From Burkholderiales bacterium (GTDB lineage: Bacteria; Pseudomonadota; Gammaproteobacteria; Burkholderiales; SG8-41): a stretch of DNA of 64,000 nucleotides. Positions 37,478 to 48,420 of the stretch are shown here, one piece after another. The first letter of the stretch is position 1, and every line of letters starts with the position of its first letter. Both the position numbers and the translations under genes were made by a program. The stretch covers positions 5,549 through 69,548 of the forward strand of contig JAIETP010000008.1 in the NCBI GenBank assembly GCA_019744975.1, written 5' to 3'. The notes beneath the pieces were generated by a model, which was not told where the DNA came from, did not search any database, and saw nothing but the letters and a program-made list of their open reading frames with translations.

Positions 37478-38953
37478 TCAGCTTTTCTGGTCTGCGTAAA
37501 ACGCCGCTTTGGAGCCGGGCGGCGGCGAATAACGGAAGGTGCCGAGCTTCTTGATGGCCTCGACACCGCCGTGCTGCGCGATCCGGGCTTTCTGGTCGGC
37601 CATGGCCAGCCGGTGCGCGGCATCGGGATCGACGACCGTGCGCAGCGCACGCTCGCATTCGGCGACGACGCCCGCATGCGCGGGATCGCACCCGAGATCC
37701 TTCAGTTCGAGAGGGTCGTTTTTCAGGTCGAAGAGCATCGGCGGCACGGTCGCGTAGTGGATGTATTTCCACTGGCCGTGGCGAATCATGAAGGCGCCGC
37801 ACATCGATCCGGCCGCGTGGTATTCGGAAAGCACGGTGCGCGCCGGCACCCGGCCCTGCGCGATGTCGATCAGCGAGTTGCCGGGGAGTCTGGCGTCGTC
37901 GGGATGCGGCTTCGCGCCCAGCGCGTGGATGAAGGTCGGGAACCCGTCGGCCAGCGTCACCGGCGTGTCGCAGACGCTGCCGGCCGGCACGCCGGGCCCG
38001 GCGATCATCATCGGGATGCCCGCGGATTCCTCGTACATCGTCGATTTGCCCCACAGGCCGCGGGTGCCGAGGTTGTCGCCGTGATCCGAGGAATAAACCA
38101 CGCGGGTATTGTTCATCAGGCCGGTTTCCTCGAGGGTGCGCAGGATCTTGCCGACGTTGTCGTCCATGAACGAAGTCAGGCCGAAGTAGGCGGTGATCGC
38201 GCGGCGCACCATCGCGATGTCGAAAAACCCCTCATCGTAACACTGGCTGGCGCGCAAGGCGTCGATGAACGGATGCCGCGGCCGTTGCGATTTTTCATAG
38301 AGATTCGGCAGCGGCACTGCGTCTTCCGGGTAGAGGTCGTAGAACTGCGGCGGGGCGATCAGCGGGAAGTGCGGCGCCACGAAGCCGACATACAGCGCCC
38401 AGGGTTTTGCCTGGGGGGAGGCTGCGCGGGCCTTGAGCCATTTCACGGTTTCATCGGCGATGTCACGGTCGTACTTGGTGTATTCGGATTCGCCGCGACC
38501 CGCCTCGGGCCCGAGCTTCAGCGCGCCGACGCGGCGCGGCAGTTCCTCGCGGATCATGCCCAGCAGGTCGCCCACGCCGTTGACGATGTGCATGGGCAGG
38601 ATTTCCTCGTCGAAACCGTTTCTTTTGGCATCGGAATCCAGGTAATGCAGCTTGCCGATGGAGGCGACATGGTGGCCCTGGTCCATCAGGCGGTGGCCCC
38701 AGGTGGGGATTTTGCCGTCGTAGGCGATGGCGTTGTCCCAGTAGCGGATCTTGTGCACGTACTGGCCGGTGGCGAAGGACGCGCGCGCCGGCACGCAGAT
38801 CGGGCAGTTGGTGTAGGCCGAGGTGAAACGCGTGCCGCGGGCGGCCAGTGCGTCGAGGTTGGGCGTCTTGATCATCGGGTGGCCGGCACAGCCGAGCACG
38901 CGTTTGTTGTGCTCGTCGGACAGGATAAATATCAGGTTGGTGGCTTCGCTCAT
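37478..38953 (-). CDS. Cys-type sulfatase (choline-sulfatase-like)
   Basis: LSDEH, CVPARASFATG, GKLH, SSDHG. Confidence 0.93.
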   Translation of the reverse strand: MSEATNLIFILSDEHNKRVLGCAGHPMIKTPNLDALAARGTRFTSAYTNCPICVPARASFATGQYVHKIRYWDNAIAYDGKIPTWGHRLMDQGHHVASIGKLHYLDSDAKRNGFDEEILPMHIVNGVGDLLGMIREELPRRVGALKLGPEAGRGESEYTKYDRDIADETVKWLKARAASPQAKPWALYVGFVAPHFPLIAPPQFYDLYPEDAVPLPNLYEKSQRPRHPFIDALRASQCYDEGFFDIAMVRRAITAYFGLTSFMDDNVGKILRTLEETGLMNNTRVVYSSDHGDNLGTRGLWGKSTMYEESAGIPMMIAGPGVPAGSVCDTPVTLADGFPTFIHALGAKPHPDDARLPGNSLIDIAQGRVPARTVLSEYHAAGSMCGAFMIRHGQWKYIHYATVPPMLFDLKNDPLELKDLGCDPAHAGVVAECERALRTVVDPDAAHRLAMADQKARIAQHGGVEAIKKLGTFRYSPPPGSKAAFYADQKS

Positions 38954-38977
38954 GATGCTGGTGCTCCTTGCAGTGGG

Positions 38978-39706
38978 CTATTTGTATTTTTTGGTGATCA
39001 GGTCGGCAACGCTGGCGCCGGCATCGATGTCGGCCTTGCGTTTGGTATCACCGGCGTCAATCCTGCGCGCGGCTTCCAGCACCAGTGCGGCTTTTTCCCT
39101 CGGGATGAAGGCAACGCCCGCTTCGTCGGCGCAGGCGATGTCGCCGGGTCTGACCTGGATGCCGCAGATTTGCACCGTGCCGTTGATTTCCACGGTCTGC
39201 GTGCGCCATTTGCCGGTGATCGGCGTGAAGCCTTTGCACCACACCGGCCAGTCCATGCCGCGGTACTGCTCGGGGTCGCGCACGGTGGCGTCGACGATGG
39301 CGCCGATGAAACCCTGGCGTTTCGCAATGGTCGCCGACTGGCCGCCCATATTGGAGCAGCCCATTACGCCTTCGATCACCAGCACATCGCCGGGTTCGGC
39401 GAGATTGTGCGCCTCGGTTTCGCCCTGGCCGCTGGTTTTGTCATTCGCCGCTTTGTGGATTTGCGCGGTGTGCGCGATGTTGCGCACCGTCAGCGCCGGG
39501 CCGACGATGCGTTTGCCGGTGTTGACCGGCGGCAGGATGTAACCGGGGATCACCGCGACAATGCCGAGTTCATCGCAGGCATCGGACAAGGTGCCGGTGA
39601 GGTCAACGAGGTTGCGGAACCCTTCCAGGATTTCGGGGGCGACGCGCGGCAGTTCCAGCATGCGAATGGCGTCGCGCGGCAGTTTGCCGAGGGTGGTTTT
39701 GGGCAT
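38978..39706 (-). CDS. RraA/HMG-aldolase family protein
   Basis: LSDACD, IVGPALTV, PGDVLVI, VDATVRD, VRPGDIACADEAGV; GGAGGAG RBS. Confidence 0.9.
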   Translation of the reverse strand: MPKTTLGKLPRDAIRMLELPRVAPEILEGFRNLVDLTGTLSDACDELGIVAVIPGYILPPVNTGKRIVGPALTVRNIAHTAQIHKAANDKTSGQGETEAHNLAEPGDVLVIEGVMGCSNMGGQSATIAKRQGFIGAIVDATVRDPEQYRGMDWPVWCKGFTPITGKWRTQTVEINGTVQICGIQVRPGDIACADEAGVAFIPREKAALVLEAARRIDAGDTKRKADIDAGASVADLITKKYK

Positions 39707-39820
39707 GGTTCTCCTCCAGTCGAGCGGGGAGTTTACATCGTGCGCGACTCGTACATGCTCCGGGCCCGAAGATGTGGACTTGGACTTAACCGACCTGGGT
39801 TCAATCAATAGTCAGTCGGG

Positions 39821-40636
39821 TCAGCCGGTTTTCAGCGCACACAGCGCGGCTGCAGTGCGCGTGGCAACTCCGAGCCGCCTGAATATGCTTTCAATCCGGG
39901 TCTTGACGGTGGACAGACTGATGCCCAGTGTTTTTGCGATCTCGTCATTGGTCTTGCCAGCGGCGATTTCGTGCAGCACTTCGGCTTCGCGCCGGCTGAG
40001 ACCAAAACGCGTCATCAGAGCAAACACCGCGGCTACGCCGTAGATGTATTCAGCGTCGACGGAACGATTGGTTTCTGCGCGCAGGCTGGCGAGTTCGGAG
40101 CGCGCGGCAGCGTTTTGATAGGCCTGAATAAAGTGCGGCCGCAGGCTGGTCAGAAGGTCACGTTCGGTTTCGCTGAAATCGCGATGTTTCCGGCTGACTG
40201 CGAAAAAAATCAGCGAGTCTCCGATACGCTGGCCGATGGTTAACTGGAAGCGCACGTCGGCCAGCGGACGGTAGAAATCCGCGTATAGCCCCGAGCTGCG
40301 CCAGCGTTGCTGGCTGACAAAGTCGCTGGTTTTGAGCGCGCTTGTACCGCTGCCGTTCACCTTGAGGATGTGCTGCACTGAGGGATGCTGCTCGACATGA
40401 TCGAAGAATGCCAGCCGCAGAACCGGGAAATCCGTGATCGGGTCGCTCAAGGCGCTCAAGGAATCGCCGTTCACCAGATTGATTTCGTTGTGACAGGTCA
40501 ATTCGCCGCCAAACTCGCGTTTAACCATCGACAGCGAGCGTTCGCGGAAGTCATCAAGGCTCTCGGCTGCATAAATGCCGAGCAGGATTTCCGAAAGCGG
40601 GTGCAGGAACTGGGAGGCGGTGGCCGGATGATTCAT
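39821..40636 (-). CDS. LuxR-type HTH transcriptional regulator with GAF-like N-terminus
   Basis: LSRREAEVLHEIAAGKTNDEIAKTLGISLSTVKTRIESIFRRLGV. Confidence 0.9.
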   Translation of the reverse strand: MNHPATASQFLHPLSEILLGIYAAESLDDFRERSLSMVKREFGGELTCHNEINLVNGDSLSALSDPITDFPVLRLAFFDHVEQHPSVQHILKVNGSGTSALKTSDFVSQQRWRSSGLYADFYRPLADVRFQLTIGQRIGDSLIFFAVSRKHRDFSETERDLLTSLRPHFIQAYQNAAARSELASLRAETNRSVDAEYIYGVAAVFALMTRFGLSRREAEVLHEIAAGKTNDEIAKTLGISLSTVKTRIESIFRRLGVATRTAAALCALKTG

Positions 40637-40860
40637 GGTCGGTTTGCGTTGTGATTAACGTTGCCCGGAATGTCATTCAGTGCGCTGACCATAAAATCAG
40701 ACTTTTGGCCGATGGTCAAAGTATAAAAGTATGAACATCATGCGCGGCAATGTCCTGGTTGGTTTTTTATCGGGTAATTTTCCAACAGGGTTATGCAGCG
40801 TTTGCGTGGCAGTGCGTAAGCGAATTAATTAAAATTAATTAAAAATCAATAACTTGCATA

Positions 40861-43800
40861 ATGCCGGCGTCATCAACTCGAAAAACAAGATCAAACCTTT
40901 CCAGATTCAAAGTCCATCCGCTTGCTGAGCGGGGGGCGTTTCCTTGGGGTTCATTTCGGCGCTTTGTGCTACGGCCGATTGCGTTTGCGGTCATGTTGTC
41001 CTGGACGGCCGGTGCAATGGCCAACCCGACCGGCGCCCAAGTCGCAGCCGGCGCGGCCAGCTTCCAGACCTCTGGCAAAACCCTGACGGTGACCAATACT
41101 CCGGGGACTATTCTCAACTGGTCATCGTTTTCCATCGCTGCCGGTGAGGTTACACGGTTTCAGCAGCAGTCTGCGCTGAGCGCGGTACTGAACCGCGTCA
41201 CCGGCGCCAATCCCTCCAGCATTCTCGGCACGCTGTCATCCAACGGCCGCGTATTCCTGGTCAATCCGCACGGCATCGTCTTCGGCCAGGGCTCGGTGAT
41301 CAACACCGCGGGTTTTGTCGCTTCGACGCTCAATATCAGCGATGCCGATTTCCTCGCCGGCCGGATGAAATTCGAGGGCGGTGGCCACGGCGTGTTGCGC
41401 AACGAAGGCGCGATCCAGGCCGCGGGGGATATTTTCCTGGTCGGCCCGCGGATTGAAAACGCCGGACTGATCAAAAGCGACAACGGCAGCGTGCTGCTCG
41501 CCGCCGGGCAGGCCATCACCATCACCAGTCCGGACGCGCATGGTGTGCAGTTCGCGCTGCAGGCGCCGACCGACAGCGCGCTGAACCTCGGCGTGATTGA
41601 GGCGAAAAATGCGGCAGGAATGTTTGCGGGGACTCTGAAACATTCAGGCGACATCCGCGCCACCAGCGCCAGTGTCGATGCCAGTGGCCGCGTGGTTCTT
41701 GCCGCGCAGAAGGATGCGATCCTCGACGGCAATGCCACCATCAATGTCGACAACATCGCGGGCAAGGGTGGTGCGGTGCAGATCACCGGTGAACGCGTCG
41801 GGCTGTTTGACAATGCGACCGTGACCGCGCGTGGTGTCGCGGGTGGCGGCACGATTCTGGTGGGCGGCGATTATCAGGGCGCGAATCCGGCCGTGCGTAA
41901 TGCAGCCCGCACTTTTGTCGGGTCCGGCGCCGTGCTTGATGCATCCGCTACTTCCAGCGGCGACGGCGGCAAGATCATCGTGTGGGCAGATGATGTCACC
42001 CGTTATTTCGGCAGCGCGGCAGTGCGCGGCGGCGCGCAGGGCGGTGACGGCGGGCTGGTCGAGGTGTCGGGCAAGAATGCGCTGGTTTTTGAAGGCCGCG
42101 TCGGGCTGGAGGCGGTCAATGGCAGGTCCGGTACGTTGTTGCTCGATCCTCTGAATATCACGGTGCAGGCGGGGGCCGGTACGTTGGATGGCGAATTGTC
42201 CGCGCCGGGCGATCCGCTGCTGGCTTTTGCTGAGCCTGACAACGTGACCACTGGCACGCTGAGCGTGGCGTCGCTGCAGGCCTTCACCACCGGTACCGTC
42301 GAGCTGCAGGCGAACAACAACATCACTTTTGATGCGGCGGTCACCATGCAGTCCGGCGTGTCGCTGAAAGCAGCGGCGATGAACAATGTCAACGTCAATG
42401 CCAACATCACCACTTCGGGCGGCGGCGTGCTGCGACTCGAAGCCGATACCGATCAATCGGGTGCCGGTGTGGTGAATCTGGGTACGGCCACCATCAACGC
42501 GCCCCTGATCATCGGTGATACCGGCAAGGAGTTTTCGGGGAATGCCAACATCACCGGCAATTTCAGCTTCGGCGGCAATACGCAGGTGTTCGGCCAGCTC
42601 AACCTCAGCACCGGTTCGATGACCGTTGCGACCGGGCAGACCCTGAGCCTGACCGGCGGCATGAACTGGGCGACCAGTGCGGGTATCAACGGGCCCGGCA
42701 CGGTCACCCTGCCATCAGGCCAGACACTGACACTCGCGGGAAACGCCGACCGTCCGCTGGTCAACGCGACCTTCAACAACAACGGCACGGTGGTCAGCCA
42801 GGACGCCGGCGCCAACCTGCTGATCAACGACGGCTCGGTGTTCAACAACGCCGGGGTGTATCGCATTGTGTCGGGCGCCTCGATCACCCGCAATTCGGGT
42901 GCCGGCACATTCAACAATACTGGCGAGCTGGAGATCGGCGGCGCGATCACCGGTACGGTCAGCAATGTGACCTTCACCAACACCGGCGGCACACTCGACA
43001 GTGGCACCGGCACACTGGACCTCGGTGCCGGCGGCAGCCATTCCGGCGCGCTGACCATACAGGGCAACCACGTCAGGCTGAATTCCGGTACGCACACTTT
43101 TGCCGACAGCACGACGGTGGCAGGCCGGCTCAACGTGGTCGGCGGTACGGCCAGCTTTGGTACGGTGACAGTCAACGGCCTGGTGAACTACACCAGCGGA
43201 GGCATCAATGTCACTGCGGGTGACACGCTGACGCTGAATGGCGGTATGAGCTGGGCGACCGCCTCGGGCATCAGCGGGCCCGGCACGATCACACTGCCCA
43301 CGGGGCAGACGCTGACGCTGGTGTCGAACATCGACCGCCCGCTGGTCAACGCGACCTTCAACAACAACGGCACGGTGGTCAGCCAGGACGCAGGCTCCAA
43401 CCTGTTGATCAATGACAGCTCGGTGTTCAACAACGCCGGGGTGTATCGATTCCAAACGGGCGGTGCCATCACCCGCAATTCGGGTGCCGGCACATTCAAC
43501 AACACCGGCGAAGTGGAGGGTGTTGCCGGCAACAACCAGGTCAACAACGTGACCTTCACCAATGCCGGCGGCACGCTCGACAGCGGTCCCGGCACACTTG
43601 AGCTGAATTCCGGCGGCAGCCATTCCGGTGCGCTGACGATGCAGGGCAACAACGTCAGGCTGAATGGCGGTACCCACACGTTTGCAGACAGCACGACCAT
43701 CGCGGGCATACTGAATGTGACTGGCGGCGGCACCGCCAGCTTCGGCACGGTGGCTGCCAACGGGCTGGTGAATTACACCGGTGGCGGATTCAATGTCACC

Positions 43801-46800
43801 GCCGGCGACACGCTGACACTGAATGCCGGCATGAACTGGTCCGAGGGTTTCAGCATTGCCGGTCCGGGCACGGTTGTGCTGCCGGCAGGGCAGACGCTGG
43901 CCACGGCCGGTGGCGGCGGCAGCCGTACTCTGGTCAACGTCACCTTCAACAACAACGGCACCTTCGACAGCGGCAGCAACGGCAGTGTGCTGGTCAATGA
44001 CAACTCGGTGTTCAACAACGCCGGGCTGTACCGCTTCCTGAACGCAGGCAATTTCATCAGCCGCAATTCGGGCGCAGGCACCTTCAACAACACCGGCACC
44101 ATCCAGGTCGGCGGTGCCTTTCCGAACAACATCAACAATGTGACCTTCACCAACACCGGTGGCATCCTGGACAGCGGCACCGGAACGCTGAACCTGAATG
44201 CCGGCGGCAGCCACTCCGGTGCGCTGACGATGCAGGGCAGCAATGTGTTCCTCGCCGGCGGCACCCACGATTTTGCCGACGGCGCGACCGTGGCCGGGCG
44301 GCTCAATGTGGATGGCGGCACGGCGAGTTTCGGCACGGTGACCACCAACGGACTGGTGACCTACGACGGCGTCGGCTTCAATGTCACCGCGGCCGACACG
44401 CTGACTTTGAACGGCGGCATGAACTGGACCGCCGGCGATATCGGCGGCCCCGGCACCATCGTGCTGCCTGCCGGGCAGACGCTGGCGATGAGTAATGCCG
44501 GCAACCGCGCCATGGTCAATGTGGTGTTCAACAACAACGGCACGGTGACCAGCCAGATCGGGGCGCAACTGCTGATCAACGACGGGTCGGTGTTCAACAA
44601 TGCGGGTGTGTACCGCTTTCTTGACAGCAGCGTGATCAACCGTACTTCCGGCACTGGCGCCTTCAACAACACCGGCGAAATCGAAGTGGTCGGCGCCTTC
44701 AACGGTTTTGTCAGCGGTGTGGCCCTCACCAACACCAGCGGCACACTCGACAGCGGTACCGGCATGTTGAGGCTGGACGCCAGCGGCACACATTCAGGCG
44801 CGCTGACGCTGCAGGGTACCAACGTGCAGTTGAACGCCGGCACGCACACTTTCGCCGACGGCACCACGGTGTCGGGCACGCTGAACGTGCAGGGCAGTGC
44901 CACCGCCAGCTTCGGCACCGTGACCATGAACGGGCTGGTGAATTACAGCAACGGTGGTTTCAATGTCACTGCCGGCGATACGCTGACGCTCAACGCCGGC
45001 ATGAACTGGACAGGTGCCGGCATCAGCGGGCCGGGTGCGATCACGCTGCCGGCGGGGCAGACGCTGGCGATCAGCGCGGGTGGTGGCAGTGCCCTGGTCA
45101 ACGTTACTTTCAACAACAATGGCACGGTGACCAGCCAGATCAACGGCGGCAGCGTGCTGATCAATGATGGTTCGGTGTTCAACAACGCCGGGGTGTTCCG
45201 CTTCCTGACCGGTGACGCCATCAACCGCACTTCGGGCACCGGTGTCTTCAACAACACCGGAGAAATTGAAGTGGGTGGTGCCTTCACCGCCTCGATGGCC
45301 AATGTGACGTTTACCAATACCGCAGGGACACTCGACAGCGGCACCGGCACGCTGAATCTGAATGCCGGCGGCAGTCATTCGGGAGCACTGACGATGCAGG
45401 GTACTGGAGTGCAGATGAGTGGCGGCACACATGATTTTGCCGATACCACCACCGTGGCCGGGCAGCTCAATGTGTCCGCAGGCGGCATCGCCAACTTCGG
45501 CACGGTGACCACCAACGGGCTGGTGAGCTACAGCAGCGGCGGTTCCGGATTCAATGTGACCGCGGGCGACACGCTGACGCTCAATGCCGGCATGAACTGG
45601 GCTGGCGGCGGCAATGTCAGCGGGCCGGGCACGGTCACGCTGCCGGCGGGGCAGACGCTGGCGATGGCCGGCGGTGGCGGCAACCGCGCGCTGGTCAATG
45701 TGACTTTCAACAACAACGGCACGGTGACCAGCCAGCTTGGTACGCAAGGCCTGCTGGTGAATGACGGTACGGTTTTCAACAACGCCGGGATGTATCGTTT
45801 TCTGAGTGGCGATTTCATCACCCGCAACTCGGGTACGGGCACTTTCAACAACACTGGCGAGATTGAAGTGGGCGGCGCGTTCACCGGCACCATGAACAAC
45901 GTGGTTTTCAGCAATACCAGCGCCACGCTGGATGCCGGTACCGGCATCTTCAATCTCGATGGCGGCGGCAGCTACACCGGTACGATGACCTTGCAGGGCG
46001 CCAACGTACGTCTGAATGGCGGCACCCACAATATTGCCGACGGCGTGACGGTGGCGGGACAGCTCAATGTGACTAGCGGCGCGACCGCCAACTTTGGCAC
46101 GGTGATCACCAACGGGCTGGTGAATTACGCGGCTACCGGTCTCAACGTCACCGCAGGCGACACGCTGACACTGAATGGCGGCATGAACTGGACGAGCGGC
46201 AACGTCAGTGGGCCAGGTACGGTCACGTTGCCTGCCGGGCAGACGCTGGCAATGACCAACACCAGTACCCATGCACTGGTCAACGCCACCTTCAACAACA
46301 ATGGCACCGTGACCAGCCAGATCGGTGGCCAGAACCTGCTGATCAACGATGGTTCCGTCTTCAACAACGCCGGGGTGTACCGCTTCCTTGGCAGCGATGC
46401 CATCGCCCGTACGTCCGGTGCCGGCACCTTCAACAACACCGGCACCATGCAGGTGGTCGGCGCTTTCACCGGCACCGTCAACGATGTGGCGTTCAGCAAC
46501 ACCGGCGGCACACTGGATAGCGGCGCCGGCACGCTGAATCTGACTCCCGGCGGCAATCATTCCGGCGCGTTGACGATGCAGGGTGGCAATGTGCGGCTGG
46601 CTGCCGGTACGCACAACTTTGCGGATGGCACGACGGTGGCCGGGCAACTCAATGTGGCCGGCGGCACCGCAAGCTTCGGTACGGTGACGACGAATGGTCT
46701 GGTGAATTACACCGCGGGCGGCTTGAATATAACCGCGGGCGACACGCTGACGCTCAATGGCGGCATGAACTGGGTGACCGGCGCGAACATTTTCGGCCCC

Positions 46801-48420
46801 GGCGCGATTACCCTGCCGACGGGACAGACCATGGCCATGACCAATGCCGGCGGGAACGCCCTGGTCAACGCCATCTTCAACAACAATGGCACGGTGACCA
46901 GTCAGTTCAACGCCGGCCAGAACTTTTTGCTGAACGATGGTACGGTCTTCAACAATGCCGGCGTGTATCGCTTCCTCGATACCAACACCATTGTCCGCAC
47001 TTCGGGGGTGGGCACTTTCAACAACAGCGGCACGCTGCAGGTGAACGGTGCTTTCACCGGCACCATGAACAATGTGGTGTTCAGCAACAACGGCGGCACC
47101 CTCGACAGCGGCGCCGGTACGCTTAACATCAATGTCGGCGGCGCACATTCCGGCACGATGACTGTCCAGGGCGCTGATGTCCGTTTCAACGCCGGTACAC
47201 ACATTTTCACGACAGCGAGTTTTGCCGGTAGCGGGGCCATCAATATTCAAGGTGCGGGTTTTACGCTGAGCAATACCAACTGGAATCGCCCGTTCAACCT
47301 GACTTCTGGCACGGTAACCATTCCGGCGGCAACCACCACCACGGTTCCCGCCGGCGCCAATATCGCCATCAATCATGCGGTCGGTGGCACCGGCACAATG
47401 CTGAACCAGGGTACCGTGGATTTGAGCGGGGGTTCGCTGGCGGGAACGCTGAACAATCAGGGCGCGCTGAATCTGACGTCGGGCAATACGACGGTGGGCG
47501 GCGGCATCTCGATGGTTTCGGGCGCGATCAACGTGGCGACCGCGCGTACGCTGAATGTCGCCGGCACCGGTGTTGACTGGCAGGGCGGCACATTGTCCGG
47601 CGCCGGCAGCTACAACCTGACCGGCGGCCTGGCGATCACCGGCGGCGGCGCGCGGGTGCTCAACGGTCCGACGCTGAATCTCGGCGCGACCACGCTGGGT
47701 GGCTCGCTGAACGTGCAATCCGGCGCACTCAACTTCGGCGGCATCGCCACCATCGGCCCGGCGGCGACGCTGGAGTTGACCGGCGGCACGGTGACCGGTG
47801 CGCTGGCCGTCGATGTGCAGGGACTGCTCAAGATGAATGGTGGTGTGCTCAACGCGGCCTCGGTGGGTCTGGTGCCCGGCGCAACCCTCAGCGGCAGCGG
47901 CGGCACGATCAATGCGCCGGTCGTCAACGGCGGCACTGTCGCGGTCGGCGCTTCGCCGGGCACGCTGGTGGTCAACGGCAATTATTCGCAGACACCGACC
48001 GGCGTGTTGAATGTCGAGCTAGGCGGCACCACGCAGGGCGTCAACTACGATCTGTTGCAGGTCAACGGCACGGCGAGCCTGGGCGGCACGATGAACGTAT
48101 CGATGTTCGGCGGCTTCACCGGAGCGGTAGGCAATGTCTTTGATGTCATCACCTACACCAGTCGTACCGGAGATTTCACCACCATCAATTTCCCCCCCGG
48201 TTTTGGCATGAGCGCCGCGCCCAACGCCACTTTCTACCAACTGGCGCTGGCCTCGGTGCCGGCAGTTGCCGCTGGTCCGGGCGGTGCGACCGAGGCCGCG
48301 ATACTCAAGCTGCTGGCTGGCGAGACCAAGATCCTCAACGACAAATTCCTCGCGACGGTTGATGCCGGCAAACAACCGGAAGAGGAAGAAAAGAAAGGCG
48401 CGGTGCTCGAATGCATCTGA
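40861..48420 (+). CDS. TpsA / filamentous haemagglutinin-family exoprotein (2519 aa)
   Basis: Signal peptide; TPS domain (LNWSSFSI, LNRVTG, NGRVFLVNPHGIVFG); DGGLVEVSG, GTLLLDP; G/N/T-rich beta-helix repeats. Confidence 0.93.
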   Translation: MPASSTRKTRSNLSRFKVHPLAERGAFPWGSFRRFVLRPIAFAVMLSWTAGAMANPTGAQVAAGAASFQTSGKTLTVTNTPGTILNWSSFSIAAGEVTRFQQQSALSAVLNRVTGANPSSILGTLSSNGRVFLVNPHGIVFGQGSVINTAGFVASTLNISDADFLAGRMKFEGGGHGVLRNEGAIQAAGDIFLVGPRIENAGLIKSDNGSVLLAAGQAITITSPDAHGVQFALQAPTDSALNLGVIEAKNAAGMFAGTLKHSGDIRATSASVDASGRVVLAAQKDAILDGNATINVDNIAGKGGAVQITGERVGLFDNATVTARGVAGGGTILVGGDYQGANPAVRNAARTFVGSGAVLDASATSSGDGGKIIVWADDVTRYFGSAAVRGGAQGGDGGLVEVSGKNALVFEGRVGLEAVNGRSGTLLLDPLNITVQAGAGTLDGELSAPGDPLLAFAEPDNVTTGTLSVASLQAFTTGTVELQANNNITFDAAVTMQSGVSLKAAAMNNVNVNANITTSGGGVLRLEADTDQSGAGVVNLGTATINAPLIIGDTGKEFSGNANITGNFSFGGNTQVFGQLNLSTGSMTVATGQTLSLTGGMNWATSAGINGPGTVTLPSGQTLTLAGNADRPLVNATFNNNGTVVSQDAGANLLINDGSVFNNAGVYRIVSGASITRNSGAGTFNNTGELEIGGAITGTVSNVTFTNTGGTLDSGTGTLDLGAGGSHSGALTIQGNHVRLNSGTHTFADSTTVAGRLNVVGGTASFGTVTVNGLVNYTSGGINVTAGDTLTLNGGMSWATASGISGPGTITLPTGQTLTLVSNIDRPLVNATFNNNGTVVSQDAGSNLLINDSSVFNNAGVYRFQTGGAITRNSGAGTFNNTGEVEGVAGNNQVNNVTFTNAGGTLDSGPGTLELNSGGSHSGALTMQGNNVRLNGGTHTFADSTTIAGILNVTGGGTASFGTVAANGLVNYTGGGFNVTAGDTLTLNAGMNWSEGFSIAGPGTVVLPAGQTLATAGGGGSRTLVNVTFNNNGTFDSGSNGSVLVNDNSVFNNAGLYRFLNAGNFISRNSGAGTFNNTGTIQVGGAFPNNINNVTFTNTGGILDSGTGTLNLNAGGSHSGALTMQGSNVFLAGGTHDFADGATVAGRLNVDGGTASFGTVTTNGLVTYDGVGFNVTAADTLTLNGGMNWTAGDIGGPGTIVLPAGQTLAMSNAGNRAMVNVVFNNNGTVTSQIGAQLLINDGSVFNNAGVYRFLDSSVINRTSGTGAFNNTGEIEVVGAFNGFVSGVALTNTSGTLDSGTGMLRLDASGTHSGALTLQGTNVQLNAGTHTFADGTTVSGTLNVQGSATASFGTVTMNGLVNYSNGGFNVTAGDTLTLNAGMNWTGAGISGPGAITLPAGQTLAISAGGGSALVNVTFNNNGTVTSQINGGSVLINDGSVFNNAGVFRFLTGDAINRTSGTGVFNNTGEIEVGGAFTASMANVTFTNTAGTLDSGTGTLNLNAGGSHSGALTMQGTGVQMSGGTHDFADTTTVAGQLNVSAGGIANFGTVTTNGLVSYSSGGSGFNVTAGDTLTLNAGMNWAGGGNVSGPGTVTLPAGQTLAMAGGGGNRALVNVTFNNNGTVTSQLGTQGLLVNDGTVFNNAGMYRFLSGDFITRNSGTGTFNNTGEIEVGGAFTGTMNNVVFSNTSATLDAGTGIFNLDGGGSYTGTMTLQGANVRLNGGTHNIADGVTVAGQLNVTSGATANFGTVITNGLVNYAATGLNVTAGDTLTLNGGMNWTSGNVSGPGTVTLPAGQTLAMTNTSTHALVNATFNNNGTVTSQIGGQNLLINDGSVFNNAGVYRFLGSDAIARTSGAGTFNNTGTMQVVGAFTGTVNDVAFSNTGGTLDSGAGTLNLTPGGNHSGALTMQGGNVRLAAGTHNFADGTTVAGQLNVAGGTASFGTVTTNGLVNYTAGGLNITAGDTLTLNGGMNWVTGANIFGPGAITLPTGQTMAMTNAGGNALVNAIFNNNGTVTSQFNAGQNFLLNDGTVFNNAGVYRFLDTNTIVRTSGVGTFNNSGTLQVNGAFTGTMNNVVFSNNGGTLDSGAGTLNINVGGAHSGTMTVQGADVRFNAGTHIFTTASFAGSGAINIQGAGFTLSNTNWNRPFNLTSGTVTIPAATTTTVPAGANIAINHAVGGTGTMLNQGTVDLSGGSLAGTLNNQGALNLTSGNTTVGGGISMVSGAINVATARTLNVAGTGVDWQGGTLSGAGSYNLTGGLAITGGGARVLNGPTLNLGATTLGGSLNVQSGALNFGGIATIGPAATLELTGGTVTGALAVDVQGLLKMNGGVLNAASVGLVPGATLSGSGGTINAPVVNGGTVAVGASPGTLVVNGNYSQTPTGVLNVELGGTTQGVNYDLLQVNGTASLGGTMNVSMFGGFTGAVGNVFDVITYTSRTGDFTTINFPPGFGMSAAPNATFYQLALASVPAVAAGPGGATEAAILKLLAGETKILNDKFLATVDAGKQPEEEEKKGAVLECI
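42600..47250 (+). repeat. Eight tandem ~585-bp (~195-aa) intragenic repeats
   Basis: M(N/S)W anchor at 42661, 43246, 43831, 44419, 45001, 45592, 46183, 46765. Confidence 0.92.

Noticed and set aside
37376-39811. 811-aa plus-strand ORF
   Set aside because: Antisense shadow of the sulfatase and RraA genes, typical of high-GC DNA; no motifs
40686-40718. TGACCAT-N19-ATGGTCA inverted repeat as a lux-box-like site
   Set aside because: Only 7-bp arms with a long spacer; plausible but not supportable
42715-47718. 692-aa and 974-aa minus-strand ORFs
   Set aside because: Antisense shadows of the repetitive TpsA gene
40861-48420. CdiA-type contact-dependent inhibition toxin
   Set aside because: No VENN or DUF637-type pre-toxin region or C-terminal toxin domain recognised, and no small immunity gene directly downstream
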